A stretch of DNA of 19,654 nucleotides, taken from positions 1-19,654 of the forward strand of contig CBDCLE010000006.1 in NCBI GenBank assembly GCA_965218585.1, read 5' to 3'. Positions 1 through 10,516 of this stretch are shown piece by piece. The notes below the pieces were generated by a model. It saw nothing but the letters and a program-made list of their open reading frames with translations, made no database searches and was not told the DNA's origin. Origin of the DNA: Terriglobia bacterium. Lineage in GTDB: Bacteria; Acidobacteriota; Terriglobia; 20CM-2-55-15. A program made the position numbers and the translations under genes. Numbering within the stretch: the stretch's first letter is position 1; each line of letters starts with the position of its first letter.

Positions 1-845
1 TTTCAGCGCACCGGAAGTTTCCACGAGTGCGTCCCGCGCGCCGGTGGCTTCAAATTTGTTATCCGCTTCCCGGAGGGTAGTTCCGGTCGTTCGGGTAAGT
101 TCCGCCGAGACCCGCCGACCAAATTCGGGATGGGCATTCATACCGGTACCCAGAGCTGTACCGCCGATCGGCACTTCCTGCAGGTGGGTCATTGCCGTAC
201 TGATCCGCGCAATGCCATGACGCACCTGGGACGCATAGCCCGAAAATTCCTGACCCAGCATGATCGGCACTGCATCTTGGAGGTGGGTGCGACCCGTCTT
301 CAGCACGTCTCCAAACTCCGCAGCCTTATCTTCGAGGCCGGAGGCGAGGAGCTCCATCGCCGGTAGAAGGTCTTCGCGCAACCCTCTAATGCGGCCAGAT
401 GAATGGCCGTTGGGACCACGTCGTTTGACGACTGGCACTTGTTCACCTCGTCATTGGGACGGACCGGCTGACGGTCCCCCATCCTTCCACCCAAAAGCTC
501 ATTGGCTCGACTCGAGATGACCTCGTTGGCATTCATGTTCGTCGACGTACCCGAACCTGTTTGGAAGATGTCCAGGACGAATTCATCGTCCCATCTCCCA
601 TCCACAACTTCTTGCGCAGCCTGAATGATCGCGTCTGCGTGGTCGGATCGGAGCAATCCAAGATCCTCGTTCACCTGGCTGGCCGCACCCTTGATGAGTC
701 CGAGCGCGCGAATAAAGCGGCGGGGGAATCTTATGCCCGAGATCGGAAAGTTCTCGACCGCGCGTTGCGTCTGTGCGCCAATGTGCGATTCGGCCGGCAC
801 GTCCACAGGACCCATGGTGTCTGATTCCACTCGTGTTTGCTGCAC
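1..845 (-). CDS. fumC: Class II fumarate hydratase; runs off the window edge; one apparent frameshift near 380
   Basis: GTG at 845 after an AGGAGG RBS. Motifs [35 protein letters not shown] and NKCQSSND. After restoring one G near 380-384 the frame continues with [22 protein letters not shown] and [14 protein letters not shown] favours FumC over AspA (GGAGTS). Confidence 0.9.
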
Positions 846-899
846 TTCTCCCTCCTGCACCGTCTTAAGCGACGGGAATGTCGTGGTTACGGCGACTAA

Positions 900-1112
900 G
901 CCGCCAGCCTTCAGGAAACTTCGTCTCCGCGAGAGCTGTTTAGCGGGCAATATTTCCAAGAAATCGGGCGCATGTGGGATGTCAGTCCTGATGGCGAGCG
1001 ATTCCTCATGATCAAGACAGCGGACACCGATGACGGCACTCCGGCCACGCCCCAGATCCACGTCGTCCTGAATCGGATCGAAGAACTGAAGGAACGAGTC
1101 CCGGTGCCCTGA
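900..1112 (+). pseudogene. Orphan C-terminal fragment of a Ser/Thr kinase / TolB-like beta-propeller protein
   Basis: Own translation: [62 protein letters not shown]. This resembles the recurrent YDVSPDGQRFLM...VVLNW.EELK C-terminus. An in-frame stop lies upstream at 897-899. Confidence 0.7.
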
Positions 1113-1181
1113 TCGAGTATGAAAATGATTCTCAGGTCCTGTTAAATCAGTTTGTGGAGTGCGCCCCCTCAGGAGGTCGAG

Positions 1182-1343
1182 GTGAAAGCGAAGAAAGAGA
1201 CGCCCCCGGACGTTCGCGTCTGGTGTCAACACTGTTGCGTTCGAATCTCACCCAATGAAGACCAGGTTGCCGCCGGTGACAAGGTCTACCTTAGGCAGTG
1301 CTTTCCCAAGCGGCCCTCCGTCAAGAGAGCTAAGAAGAAGTAG
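1182..1343 (+). CDS. Small basic Cys-rich protein (53 aa), LIM-half-like putative zinc finger
   Basis: AGGAGG at 1171-1176 and GTG at 1182. Sequence [28 protein letters not shown] with Lys-rich ends. Confidence 0.6.
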   Translation: MKAKKETPPDVRVWCQHCCVRISPNEDQVAAGDKVYLRQCFPKRPSVKRAKKK

Positions 1344-1404
1344 CCGCTGTTTCACGCTATAGAGGTTGGGAATCAGGCGGTAACTCAGGATGACCATCCG
1401 ATGT

Positions 1405-1623
1405 TCAACTGCCATTATCCCTTTTGCTCTTAAGGTTGGTCATGAGTTCATCCAGAGAATAAACATCCATTTTTTGAAAGATGGATTTGAGATGATTTCG
1501 AAGGGTACTCGGAGCGATGTGGAGTTCATCAGCAATCGCGGCGACACGCAGACCGGATAGCAACATTCCCGGGATTTCTTGCTCTCTGCTGGTCAACAAC
1601 GGTAATTGCTCAGTGTCCCCTAA
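1405..1623 (-). pseudogene. LuxR/GerE C-terminal HTH domain, 5'-truncated by the IS at 1624
   Basis: LTSREQEI...GLRVAAIADELHIAPSTLRNHLKSIFQKMDV matches the LuxR HTH pattern. The upstream part of the listed ORF lies inside the IS. Confidence 0.8.
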
Positions 1624-3107
1624 CAGTCCGTGGTTAAAGTCGGCCTCATCGTAATTAGAAGAAGGACCGGATGCGACCATAACGCGAGGAGAATCAGGTT
1701 AGGAGATCGCGATATGGGAATGGGACGGAGAAAGCACCGACAGGACACGTTGTGGGTTGCGACCGCGGAGTTGCCGCGAACAGCGGGCCACGTATTTTAC
1801 GAACGGGTAAACCGAATCCTGAACGAGACGGAGTTCGACCGGTTCGTCGAGGATGCGTGCGAGAAGTTCTACGCCGCAGTGATGGGTCGGCCGAGCCTGG
1901 CACCGGGCAAGTATTTTCGGATGCTGCTGGTGGGCTACTTTGAAGGGATCGATTCGGAGCGGGGGATTGCATGGCGGTGTGCCGATTCTCTAAGCTTGCG
2001 GGAATTCCTGGGAGTGGGACTGAGCGACGCGGTACCGGATCATTCGACGGTTTCGCGAACCCGACGGCTGATCGATCTGGAGACGCATGGAAAGGTCTTT
2101 TCGTGGATGTTGGGTGTATTGGCCGGTGAGGACCTGATCGATGGGAAGACGGTGGGCGTGGATGCATCGACGCTGGAAGCCAACGCGGCGATGCGATCGA
2201 TCGTGCGGCGGGATACCGGGGAAGCCTGCAACGAGTTCCTGACACGGCTGGCCAAGGCGTCGGGCATTGAGACGCCGACCCGAGCGGACCGGGACCGACT
2301 GGACCGAAAGCGAACCAAGAAAGGATCGAACAAAGAGTGGGAACATCCCCACGACCCGGACGCGCGCATTACGAAGATGAAGGACGGGCGGACGCATCTG
2401 GCGCACAAGGTCGAGCATGCCGCCGACATGAAGACCGGAGCCATCCTGGCGGTTACCGTGCAGGGCGCCGATCGGGGCGACACGACGACTATCGAAGACA
2501 CGATGATCGAGGCGGCCCGTCAGATGGAGACACTGGCGGCCGATCCTGAATCGAAGCTGCCCGACGATTACCTTTCCGAAATCGTGGCCGATAAGGGATA
2601 TCACAGTAACGATACGATGACCGCCTTCAAAGACCTCGGTATTCGCAGCTATATCTCGGAACCGGACCGGGGTCGGCGTAACTGGAAAGGCAAGCCCGCC
2701 GAACAACAGGCCGTCTACGCCAACCGGCGACGGATCCGAGGTGAGCGGGGCAAGCGGTTACTCCGACAGCGGGGACTGATGTTGGAACGGCCGTTCGCGC
2801 ACACTCTGGAAACCGGAGCCATGCGTCGGGTTCACCTCCGACATCGGGACAACATTCTCAAGCGCATCCTGATTCAGTACGCCGCGTTGAATCTGAGCCT
2901 GATTCTTCGGAACAATTTCGGGAACGGCACACCGCGAGGCCTTCAGGGCCAGTATGTTGCTGCCTTGTTCACCCTGATACTGCTCTGGAGCCACTATCAA
3001 TCGCTCTCTTTCGATCCTGAACACTCCGGACACGATTTCAACGCTGTTCCGTCTTGGCCGACACCCGTGAATCCCAATTCAGAAAATTGCACTTCTGCCA
3101 CGGACTG
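1624..3107 (+). mobile_element. IS1182/IS5-like insertion sequence, copy 1 (1484 bp)
   Basis: Terminal IRs CAGTCCGTGGTTAAAGT / CAGTCCGTGGCAGAAGT (14/17). Flanks are CTAA (1620-1623) and CTAG (3108-3111). Ends are confirmed by identity with copy 2. Confidence 0.93.
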
Positions 3108-3111
3108 CTAG
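1714..3111 (+). CDS. DDE transposase (DUF772 + DDE), IS1182/IS5-like
   Basis: AGGAG RBS at 1701-1705. Motifs GRPS, SERGI, PDHSTVSRTR, VGVDAS, VADKGY and LERPFAH. Confidence 0.92.
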   Translation: MGMGRRKHRQDTLWVATAELPRTAGHVFYERVNRILNETEFDRFVEDACEKFYAAVMGRPSLAPGKYFRMLLVGYFEGIDSERGIAWRCADSLSLREFLGVGLSDAVPDHSTVSRTRRLIDLETHGKVFSWMLGVLAGEDLIDGKTVGVDASTLEANAAMRSIVRRDTGEACNEFLTRLAKASGIETPTRADRDRLDRKRTKKGSNKEWEHPHDPDARITKMKDGRTHLAHKVEHAADMKTGAILAVTVQGADRGDTTTIEDTMIEAARQMETLAADPESKLPDDYLSEIVADKGYHSNDTMTAFKDLGIRSYISEPDRGRRNWKGKPAEQQAVYANRRRIRGERGKRLLRQRGLMLERPFAHTLETGAMRRVHLRHRDNILKRILIQYAALNLSLILRNNFGNGTPRGLQGQYVAALFTLILLWSHYQSLSFDPEHSGHDFNAVPSWPTPVNPNSENCTSATDC

Positions 3112-3112
3112 G

Positions 3113-3198
3113 CCCCGCAATCATCCTGATTGCGGGGGTCGCCGGTCGTCGGCCAGGATGGCCGTATGAACGACCGAGCGAAATCTTTTTTCAAACAG
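3113..3198. repeat. Double-hairpin REP/MITE-like or terminator element
   Basis: Perfect 11-bp stem CCCCGCAATCA-tcc-TGATTGCGGGG (3113-3137). Second stem CGGTCGT..CGGCCA-gga-TGGCCG..ACGACCG (3143-3176), then a T6 tract. Lies downstream of the minus-strand operon. Confidence 0.5.
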
Positions 3199-3237
3199 CA
3201 AGCCGAACGCATGACGCTGGGGCCGATTCCCAACACC

Positions 3238-4173
3238 CTAAAACCGCGCCACCTCTTCACCATCCAGATACGCAATCAATACGTCGGCCACTCCAGTTGC
3301 AAAAACTTCATACCGATAATCAGTTGTCCACCCCATGTGCGGCGTCAGGATGACGTTCGAAAGCTTAGTCAGCGCGTGTCCGGCGGCAAGAGGCTCTTCG
3401 TCGAAAACATCGAGGCCGGCCCCGGCGATCCGTTCTTCGGCCAGGGCTTCAACCAACGCCGCTTCATCAATGATCGGGCCGCGCGCTGTATTCACAAGGT
3501 AGGCGGAAGGTTTCATCAGGCCGATGCACCGGGCATCGATCAGACCGCGTGACTCCGGTTTGAGGGCTGCGTGAATCGACACAACGTCGGACTCACTCAA
3601 TAGATCGTCGAGAGGTCGAAATCGAACGCCCGCTTTCTCGGCCGACACCTCCCTCAGGCGTGGTCCCCAGGCCACAACATGCATGTCCAGCGCCTGGGCC
3701 ACACGTGCCACATGCTGACCGATCCGTCCGAATCCGACGACACCGAGAGTCTTACCGTGCAATGCCGGAGTCAGGGGTGTGGACCACTCCCCGCTCTTGA
3801 CGGCATTGTCTTGCATCGGTATCTGCCGCATGAGGGCAATCATCAGACCCACGGTCAGTTCTACTGCACCATAGGCATACCCCGCGGCGGCCTTAGCTAC
3901 CACGACACCTCGCTCGGTCGCGGCCTCGAGGTCGATGTGGTTTATGTGAGTTCCAGTCTGGGCGATAATCTTCAAGTCGGGGAGTTGATCGAGCAATTCG
4001 CGTGTAAAGCGCGTCCGTTCCCTGTTCGCCAACACGGCATCGAAGCCGCTCAGGACGGAGGGGTCACCAAAGGGACCGGTGAAGATACGAACCTCGGCCC
4101 GCTCGCGTAACCTCCGCACGCCGTCGGTCACATGATAGGCCCGGTGAATATCGTCGAGGATTGCGACTCTCAT
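3238..4173 (-). CDS. D-isomer-specific 2-hydroxyacid dehydrogenase (SerA-like)
   Basis: Starts MRVAILDD. Motifs GVVGFGRIG (Rossmann), LVNTARGPI, AGLDVFDEEP and LTPHMG. Confidence 0.93.
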   Translation of the reverse strand: MRVAILDDIHRAYHVTDGVRRLRERAEVRIFTGPFGDPSVLSGFDAVLANRERTRFTRELLDQLPDLKIIAQTGTHINHIDLEAATERGVVVAKAAAGYAYGAVELTVGLMIALMRQIPMQDNAVKSGEWSTPLTPALHGKTLGVVGFGRIGQHVARVAQALDMHVVAWGPRLREVSAEKAGVRFRPLDDLLSESDVVSIHAALKPESRGLIDARCIGLMKPSAYLVNTARGPIIDEAALVEALAEERIAGAGLDVFDEEPLAAGHALTKLSNVILTPHMGWTTDYRYEVFATGVADVLIAYLDGEEVARF

Positions 4174-4183
4174 GAATTTGGAA

Positions 4184-5423
4184 TCAGAGGAAGAGTAACC
4201 AGCAGAGGAGGGCTCCGACCAGTGACATCGACAAACCCCAGGCGAGCATCTTGTTGAACAGCACACGCGTGTCAGTGCCCGCAGGGGCTGCAGCCAGAAA
4301 CAGCGCCCCCACAGTCGAGAGCGAAGACATGTCGACAAGGCTCGCACCCACGTTCATGGACCACGCAATAGGCAAGGGCTCGATGACACCGACGCTTTCG
4401 ACGAGACCCGGCACCAGCGGCAGAAACGCGGGCAACACGACACCCGAGGTGCTGCTGTACACGGAAACGACGCCGGAACCGAAAGCCACGATCGGCGCCA
4501 GAGATGCCGGGGTTGAAATACTGGCCAATGCATTCGTGAACAGGTCCATGCCTTCTGTCCGTTCAAGGATCGAGACGAGGAAGGTAACACCGGTCACCAT
4601 CAGTATCACACCCCAGGGAATTCCCTGGATGGCCTTCTTTTCTTCTACCGCTCGGAGCAGGACAAGAACTGCGGCGATGGTCAGACCCGTCATGCCGACA
4701 TGCGACCCGAAACCGGCGACCGCGATGATAAAAACAGCAATGCCTCCCAGGGTCAGCCAATGACTGGTTTCCATCTTGCTCGTCTCGTCCTCGAGGGAGC
4801 CCACACTGGAGCCCTTCTTGAACAGCCGCAGGCCGCCGAACAAGGCGAATCCGCCAAATGCCACGACTGCGTGCGCAAGGGCGTTGTACCCGTACGTGTA
4901 CCACTCCACTCCGCCCAGGCCAATCCTTTCCATCACGCCGTTGGCAACGATGCCGGTCGGCGCGAAGGGCGACAGCGTCCCGGCGAAGGCGCCGTTACCG
5001 GCCATGATCGCCATCAGGAAAGGTGAGATTCCGGCACGGGCAGCGATCGCCATCGCCGGGGGGCGCAATCAGGGCGCTTGTGGGTGTTCCTCCAGGACCG
5101 ATCGTTGCCACAAACATCCCAACGAAGAAAAACATGATGGGAAGAAGCCCGGCGTTCCCACGGCAGATACGTACCGCCCGCTCGGTCATACGGTTCAGCG
5201 TACCGTTCACGTTGGCAACGCTGAAGAGCAACGTGACACCGATCAGAGTTACAAGCAATGTCGTCGGGTAGCCTTCCAGAACGGTGCCCACCGACATGTC
5301 GCCCATGTAGACTCCGACGATCCAAGCCATCGCAAGCGCCAGCACTCCGACATTGACGGCCGTCGTGCAACTGAGCCCGACCGCAAGCACCAGGGCTCCA
5401 ATCGAGACCCAGGCCAGGTTCAC
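4184..5423 (-). CDS. SLC13/CitMHS/ArsB-NhaD (IT superfamily) di/tricarboxylate-type transporter; one apparent frameshift in the G6 run at 5058-5063
   Basis: GTG at 5423 overlaps the upstream TGA. Many hydrophobic helices, with SPFAPTGI, IPWGVILMVTGV and SSTSGVVLP. ORFs 4995..5558 and 4184..5068 join if one G is removed. Confidence 0.82.
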
Positions 5424-6849
5424 TGTTTCCCCACGGTTGAGGCGACACCCTCGGTCAGGAGGCCTATCAGTTCGTTGACGTCGGTCAAGTTTTCTATCGA
5501 CTCCACCGCACTGAGTGTGTCCCGTATCGCTCGTTCGGGAAGAACAAGCTCGGCGCACTCGGTGAATTTTTCGTGAAGCTCTTCGCGCGTAAACGGGTTG
5601 TCAGGTCCCACCTCTATATCGTTCAGCTGCTTTCTGGACCAGCTGGGTTCCGTCTTCGAGATCCACTTCCACCGTGCTACGGATCTTGTCAAAGCCCATG
5701 GCCTCGATGTCGGGATCGAGAATCGTTTCGACCCGACTCATCATTTCCTGAACAGGGACGCTCTGAACAAATTCGTCCGTAAATTCGCGTACACCCTGCC
5801 TTACGCCGGAGTGCGATACTCGAGAGCATGAACGCGGGACAGAATTTGGCTTCCAATTCCGTGTGTGCGATCGGATAACGGAGCGGGTTCAAGATATTAG
5901 AACCCGCTCGCAATCGAATCTCGGATATCTTTTCGGGACTCACGTCATTGTCGATGACCAGTTTCCGCATAGCATCCATGCTGGGATGTCCAAGCACGCC
6001 ACACGGATACGGTTTGATCGAAACTCCCGGCGTCACAATCGAATACGGATTTCCGAGTTGACCAACGATTCGGTCCGGATCGAAACCGTTGCCAAAACTG
6101 AAGATCTGGAAGAAACCCCACTGCCCGTCCAGGCCATCCGCACCACCGGTAAACCCTTTCCCGGCCAGCTCAGTGGCCGTAACACCGTTCTGGGCCGCGC
6201 GTCCTACATGAAGCGATTTGGTCATCGTTCCGAAGTTGACTCGGATTCCCGAAGATGTGCTCGCCACGATGGATAAAGCATGGGCCGTGGCTTCGGCGTC
6301 GAGCCTGAGCAACCGAGCCGCCGCGGCCATGGCTCCGAAAGCGCCGATCGTTCCGGAGGAATGAAAACCTTTCCTGTAGTGACTCGGATCAATCGCTTCG
6401 GCAATCTTGCATTCGACTTCGAACCCGACCAGAAAGGCTTCCAGGAACTGTTCCCCGGACACCTGTCCTCGTTCCCCCAGGGCCAGCGCGGCAGCCAACG
6501 GTGGGACAGTCGGGTGCGTCATCAGTCCAAATATCCGGTCGGCACTTGTGGACAACTGTGTATCGTCCCAGTCCAGCGCGTGTCCGCTCGCTCCATTGGC
6601 CAGTGCTGCGGCCGCCGCACTCGTCCGGAACGTATTCGATCCGAAGACTGTGGCCTCACCAATCCCCTGGGTGGACCGGACGTAGTCATAAACGATCCGG
6701 CTCCCCCGTGTGGTTGAACCCGCAAGCATGACACTGAGTCCGTCAATCACGCAGCGTTTCGCCAGGTGAAGAGCTTCAGGCGGGAAATCGAATCGGTCCC
6801 GCGTGATAAACCGAACAACATCTCCGGTAGCGTTAACCTTCTCGGTCAT
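5420..6849 (-). CDS. MmgE/PrpD family protein; two apparent frameshifts (near 5795 and 5608)
   Basis: Motifs ANGASGHALDWDD, THPTVP, GFHSSGT, TKSLHVG and IKPYPCG. The corrected C-terminus reads ...RYRGGPDNPFTREELHEKF. RBS GGGAG. Confidence 0.9.
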
Positions 6850-6867
6850 CAAACTCCCTGTCCGCCC

Positions 6868-7191
6868 CTACCGATTCTTCGCGAACTCGTCAGACTTTCC
6901 ACGCGGAATACTCAGTGACCGCCATTGACCCGAACAGTAGTGCTTCGCTAAGAAAACGATCTGCCCGATGTGGTAAGCGTAATGCGTGAATTGCCTGTTG
7001 ATGGCGGACATGACAGACATGGACTCCCCCCGGAGGATGGCCCTCCGATTCATGTCGTCTTCCGTCAGGCGTTCGAGCATATCAAACGTACACTGCCAGC
7101 CCAGTTCCCACTTCGCGAGCAGTTCTCTCTTCGTGTCGCCAGTATCGACGTCAAACTCTGCATCGCGGTTTCGCTTTGACAGTTCGCTCTC
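6868..7191 (-). pseudogene. DUF1572/DinB-family gene, 3' half (interrupted by IS3)
   Basis: ESELSKRNRDAEFD...WELGWQC...RGESMSVMSAINRQFTHYAYHIGQIVFLAKH...SLSIPRGKS. Confidence 0.88.
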
Positions 7192-7221
7192 TGAACCTCC
7201 CCGGGTTTTCCGGAGACAGTT

Positions 7222-8128
<907 letters not shown>

Positions 8129-8132
<4 letters not shown>

Positions 8133-8452
8133 CTCCGCGGTCGGCGGTCGAGCTCCGCCTGCGCGAAAAACGCTGATGCTTTCCGCAGGATCTCGTTCGC
8201 CCGCTTCAGCTCGCGAACCTCCCGCTCCAGTTCCCTCATCCGCTGCTTCTCGTCCGTGGTCAGCCCTCCGCGCTGCCCCGTATCTCGCTCGGCCTGCCGG
8301 ACCCACTTCCGCAACGTCTCGGCCCTACAGCCGATCTTCGACGCGATCGAGGCCATCGCCCTCCACTGGGAGTCGTACTCCCTCTGGTGCTCGAACACCA
8401 TCCGGACGGCCCGGTCTCGAACTTCGGGTGAATATCTGCTCGGTCTTCCCAT
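8129..8452 (-). CDS. IS3 transposase OrfA (HTH + leucine zipper)
   Basis: [14 protein letters not shown]...ETLRKWVRQ...[22 protein letters not shown]. Confidence 0.95.
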
Positions 8453-8506
8453 GATGACTCCAATTCTCTCAAGTAATGGAGTCTCCGGAAAACCCGGGGA
8501 GGTTCA

Positions 8507-8708
8507 CTTGTGGAAACCCATCCCAGCGCGTCTGCATGTTTCCGGCGAGATGCTTCAGGAGGACGGCTATGCTGTTGGATTCTTCGTCCAGAGTTCTGAA
8601 GAAAGACGCGTCCTCAACCTGAGCCAGGGCCGCCTCGGCAAGCGCCTTCAACTTGCCCAGGCGGTCCCCAACGTCTGTAAGATATTCGTTTGTCCGCGTA
8701 TTTCGCAT
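8507..8708 (-). pseudogene. DUF1572/DinB-family gene, 5' half
   Basis: MRNTRT...LDEESNSIAVLLKHLAGNMQTRW runs into the IS3 end. Confidence 0.88.
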
Positions 8709-8779
8709 GCGTCGACCCTACGGCGCCCATAACATTAACAAAACGAGGGGCTATCTTAGCAACCAGAGCCCTTTTATTG

Positions 8780-8807
8780 TTGCGCTCAGTACGCAAACGG
8801 GTATCCT
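8780..8807 (+). promoter_or_regulatory. Putative sigma70 promoter for the Sel1 gene
   Basis: TTGCGC-16 nt-TATCCT upstream of a GGAGG RBS. Confidence 0.35.
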
Positions 8808-8850
8808 GATGCCAATCCGTGAATCCCAGCTCAGGTGGAGGAAAGTTTTC

Positions 8851-9810
8851 ATGAAAGTCAGAACGATTTTTTCGGTGCTTGCCACAATCATTCTCGTGAC
8901 AGGGATGCTTGCCGGAACCAGCACGGCTCAAGACCCTCAACAGCAGTTCGAACTTCGTGTCCTGACCGACGTCGGCGCGAACTCGATCGAGCAATTCGCG
9001 AGACAGGCCGAGAGAGGGGACGTACGGTCGCAGAGGCGACTCGGAATGATTTACCTCACAGGAGACGACCCCGTTGAACCCGATAGATCTTTCGAGGTAG
9101 CCATCAATCCTGAAGAGGCTGCGAAATGGTTTCTAATGGCAGCCGAACAGGGCGACCAGCTTTCACAGTTGAGACTGGGCCTTCTGTATCACGACGGCAA
9201 CGGTGTGCCACAGGACTTTGCGGAAGCAGCGAAGTGGCTCAGGGGACCTGCCGAAGAGGGTGACGTCAACGCGCAGACCTTTATGGGGAGCGTTTATACA
9301 CGAACTGGCCCGGGGTGGGAACTGGATTACATCGAAGCGGCCAAATGGTTCGAATTGGCTGCGGATCAGGGTAGTGAGGGAGCGATAATCACCCTTGCCG
9401 GTATGTATCACAACGGCCTGGGCGTGGATCTGGACTTTGAAAAGGCGATGGACCTCTACCACGACGGATCCGACAACTCGACGGCTCAGTTCAATATCGG
9501 CCTCATGTACCGCCGCGGCGAAGGCGTTGACATAGACCTGGACGATGCCGCCGAGTGGATCGAAAGGGCTGCTGAACAGGGACACGCCATGGCTCAGTAC
9601 GAAATCGGCCAGATGTACCACACGGGTGAAGGCGTGCGGCCCGACACTGTCCGGGCCCACATGTGGGTGGATCTGGCGACCGAGACCGCAGCCGGCGTGG
9701 AGTTCGAGTCCAGGGTCGCGATGCGCAACACCATCGCAGCCGAGATGTCGCCCGATGAAATCGAAGAGGCTAACGAACAGCGACGGGAATGGCGGCCGCG
9801 TTCGCGCTAG
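8851..9810 (+). CDS. Secreted Sel1-repeat (TPR-like) protein
   Basis: GGAGG RBS and signal peptide MKVRTIFSVLATIILVTGMLAGTSTA. About six repeats of the type AQxxLGxxYxxGxGVxxDxxxAxxWxxxAAxQG. Confidence 0.92.
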   Translation: MKVRTIFSVLATIILVTGMLAGTSTAQDPQQQFELRVLTDVGANSIEQFARQAERGDVRSQRRLGMIYLTGDDPVEPDRSFEVAINPEEAAKWFLMAAEQGDQLSQLRLGLLYHDGNGVPQDFAEAAKWLRGPAEEGDVNAQTFMGSVYTRTGPGWELDYIEAAKWFELAADQGSEGAIITLAGMYHNGLGVDLDFEKAMDLYHDGSDNSTAQFNIGLMYRRGEGVDIDLDDAAEWIERAAEQGHAMAQYEIGQMYHTGEGVRPDTVRAHMWVDLATETAAGVEFESRVAMRNTIAAEMSPDEIEEANEQRREWRPRSR

Positions 9811-10307
9811 ATGAACGCGTCGATCAGAACAACTCTGCTGACCGCCATGACCGTTCTGCTCGCCCTGTGCGGACTGGAGGTGGCGGCCCGACAGAGTGGG
9901 GAGCTAAGAGTCACTCCCGGTGAAATCCGGTGGCCGTCCGGACAATCGTCGCTGGCTCGGCACTTCATTCGCTTCAGGTATAGAGTCTGTCATTCTCGAG
10001 GGAAACCCCGCTGAAGGGGGGCTCTACACCATGCTTCTCCGCGTCGGACCCGACACGCGGATTGATGCCCACTCACATCCCGACGATCGTGTCGCAACGG
10101 TCATGTCGGGAACCTGGTACTTCGGCTATGGGGAAGCTGTTTGATGAAACGCTCCTTAAAGAGTTGCCGTCAGGCAGCATCTATACGGAGCCTCCCGGCT
10201 CGAATCACTTCGCCGCGACCCGTGACGAGGGCGTCGTCATCCAGATAACGGGCTTCGGCCCTTCCGGGACAACATACGTCGTCCCGGCCAACGATCCCTC
10301 CCGGTAA
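9811..10307 (+). CDS. Secreted cupin-domain protein; two apparent frameshifts (near 9955 and 10131)
   Basis: Three ORF pieces join into signal peptide + GNPAEGGLYTMLLRV...AHSHPDDRVATVMSGTWYFGYG...LPSGSIYTEPPGSNHFA. Confidence 0.85.
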
Positions 10308-10374
10308 AGTGTAGGTGCGCTCTATGAGCGCACAATCGACGAAAAGGATGGCAAGAGTGAATGTCGAGGAGAGG

Positions 10375-10516
10375 ATGATGAAAACCTTCTGTATCTCCAT
10401 TCTGGCCTTTTTGATTTCGCTGATGCCCACCGCCCAGGCCTTGGCGCACCATAGTTCGGCCGCCTTCGACGTCCGGGAGGAAGTTACGGTCTCAGGAACG
10501 ATTCTTGAATACAGCT
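10375..10516 (+). pseudogene. DUF6152-like secreted protein, 5' part (interrupted by IS4)
   Basis: AGGAG RBS and a signal peptide, followed by AHHSSAAFD...TVSGTILEYS. Confidence 0.85.

Noticed and set aside
846-1232. Long N-terminal extension of the fumC ORF (300..1232)
   Set aside because: It is the antisense of the kinase relic and the small protein. The real start is GTG 845 with a strong RBS.
1624-1680. N-terminus of the 91-aa LuxR ORF
   Set aside because: It is read from the antisense strand of the IS left end.
1694-2706. Antisense and alternative-frame ORFs of 153-238 aa inside the transposase (repeated in copy 2)
   Set aside because: Shadow ORFs typical of GC-rich DNA with no motifs. 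They recur only because the IS is duplicated.
5058-5063. Programmed frameshifting or phase variation at the G6 run and similar runs
   Set aside because: The runs are short, and the same kind of indel affects unrelated genes and IS copy 2, so sequencing error is the simpler explanation.
8653-8850. Upstream extension of the Sel1 ORF
   Set aside because: It overlaps the divergent DUF1572 gene and promoters. The RBS and signal peptide support ATG 8851.
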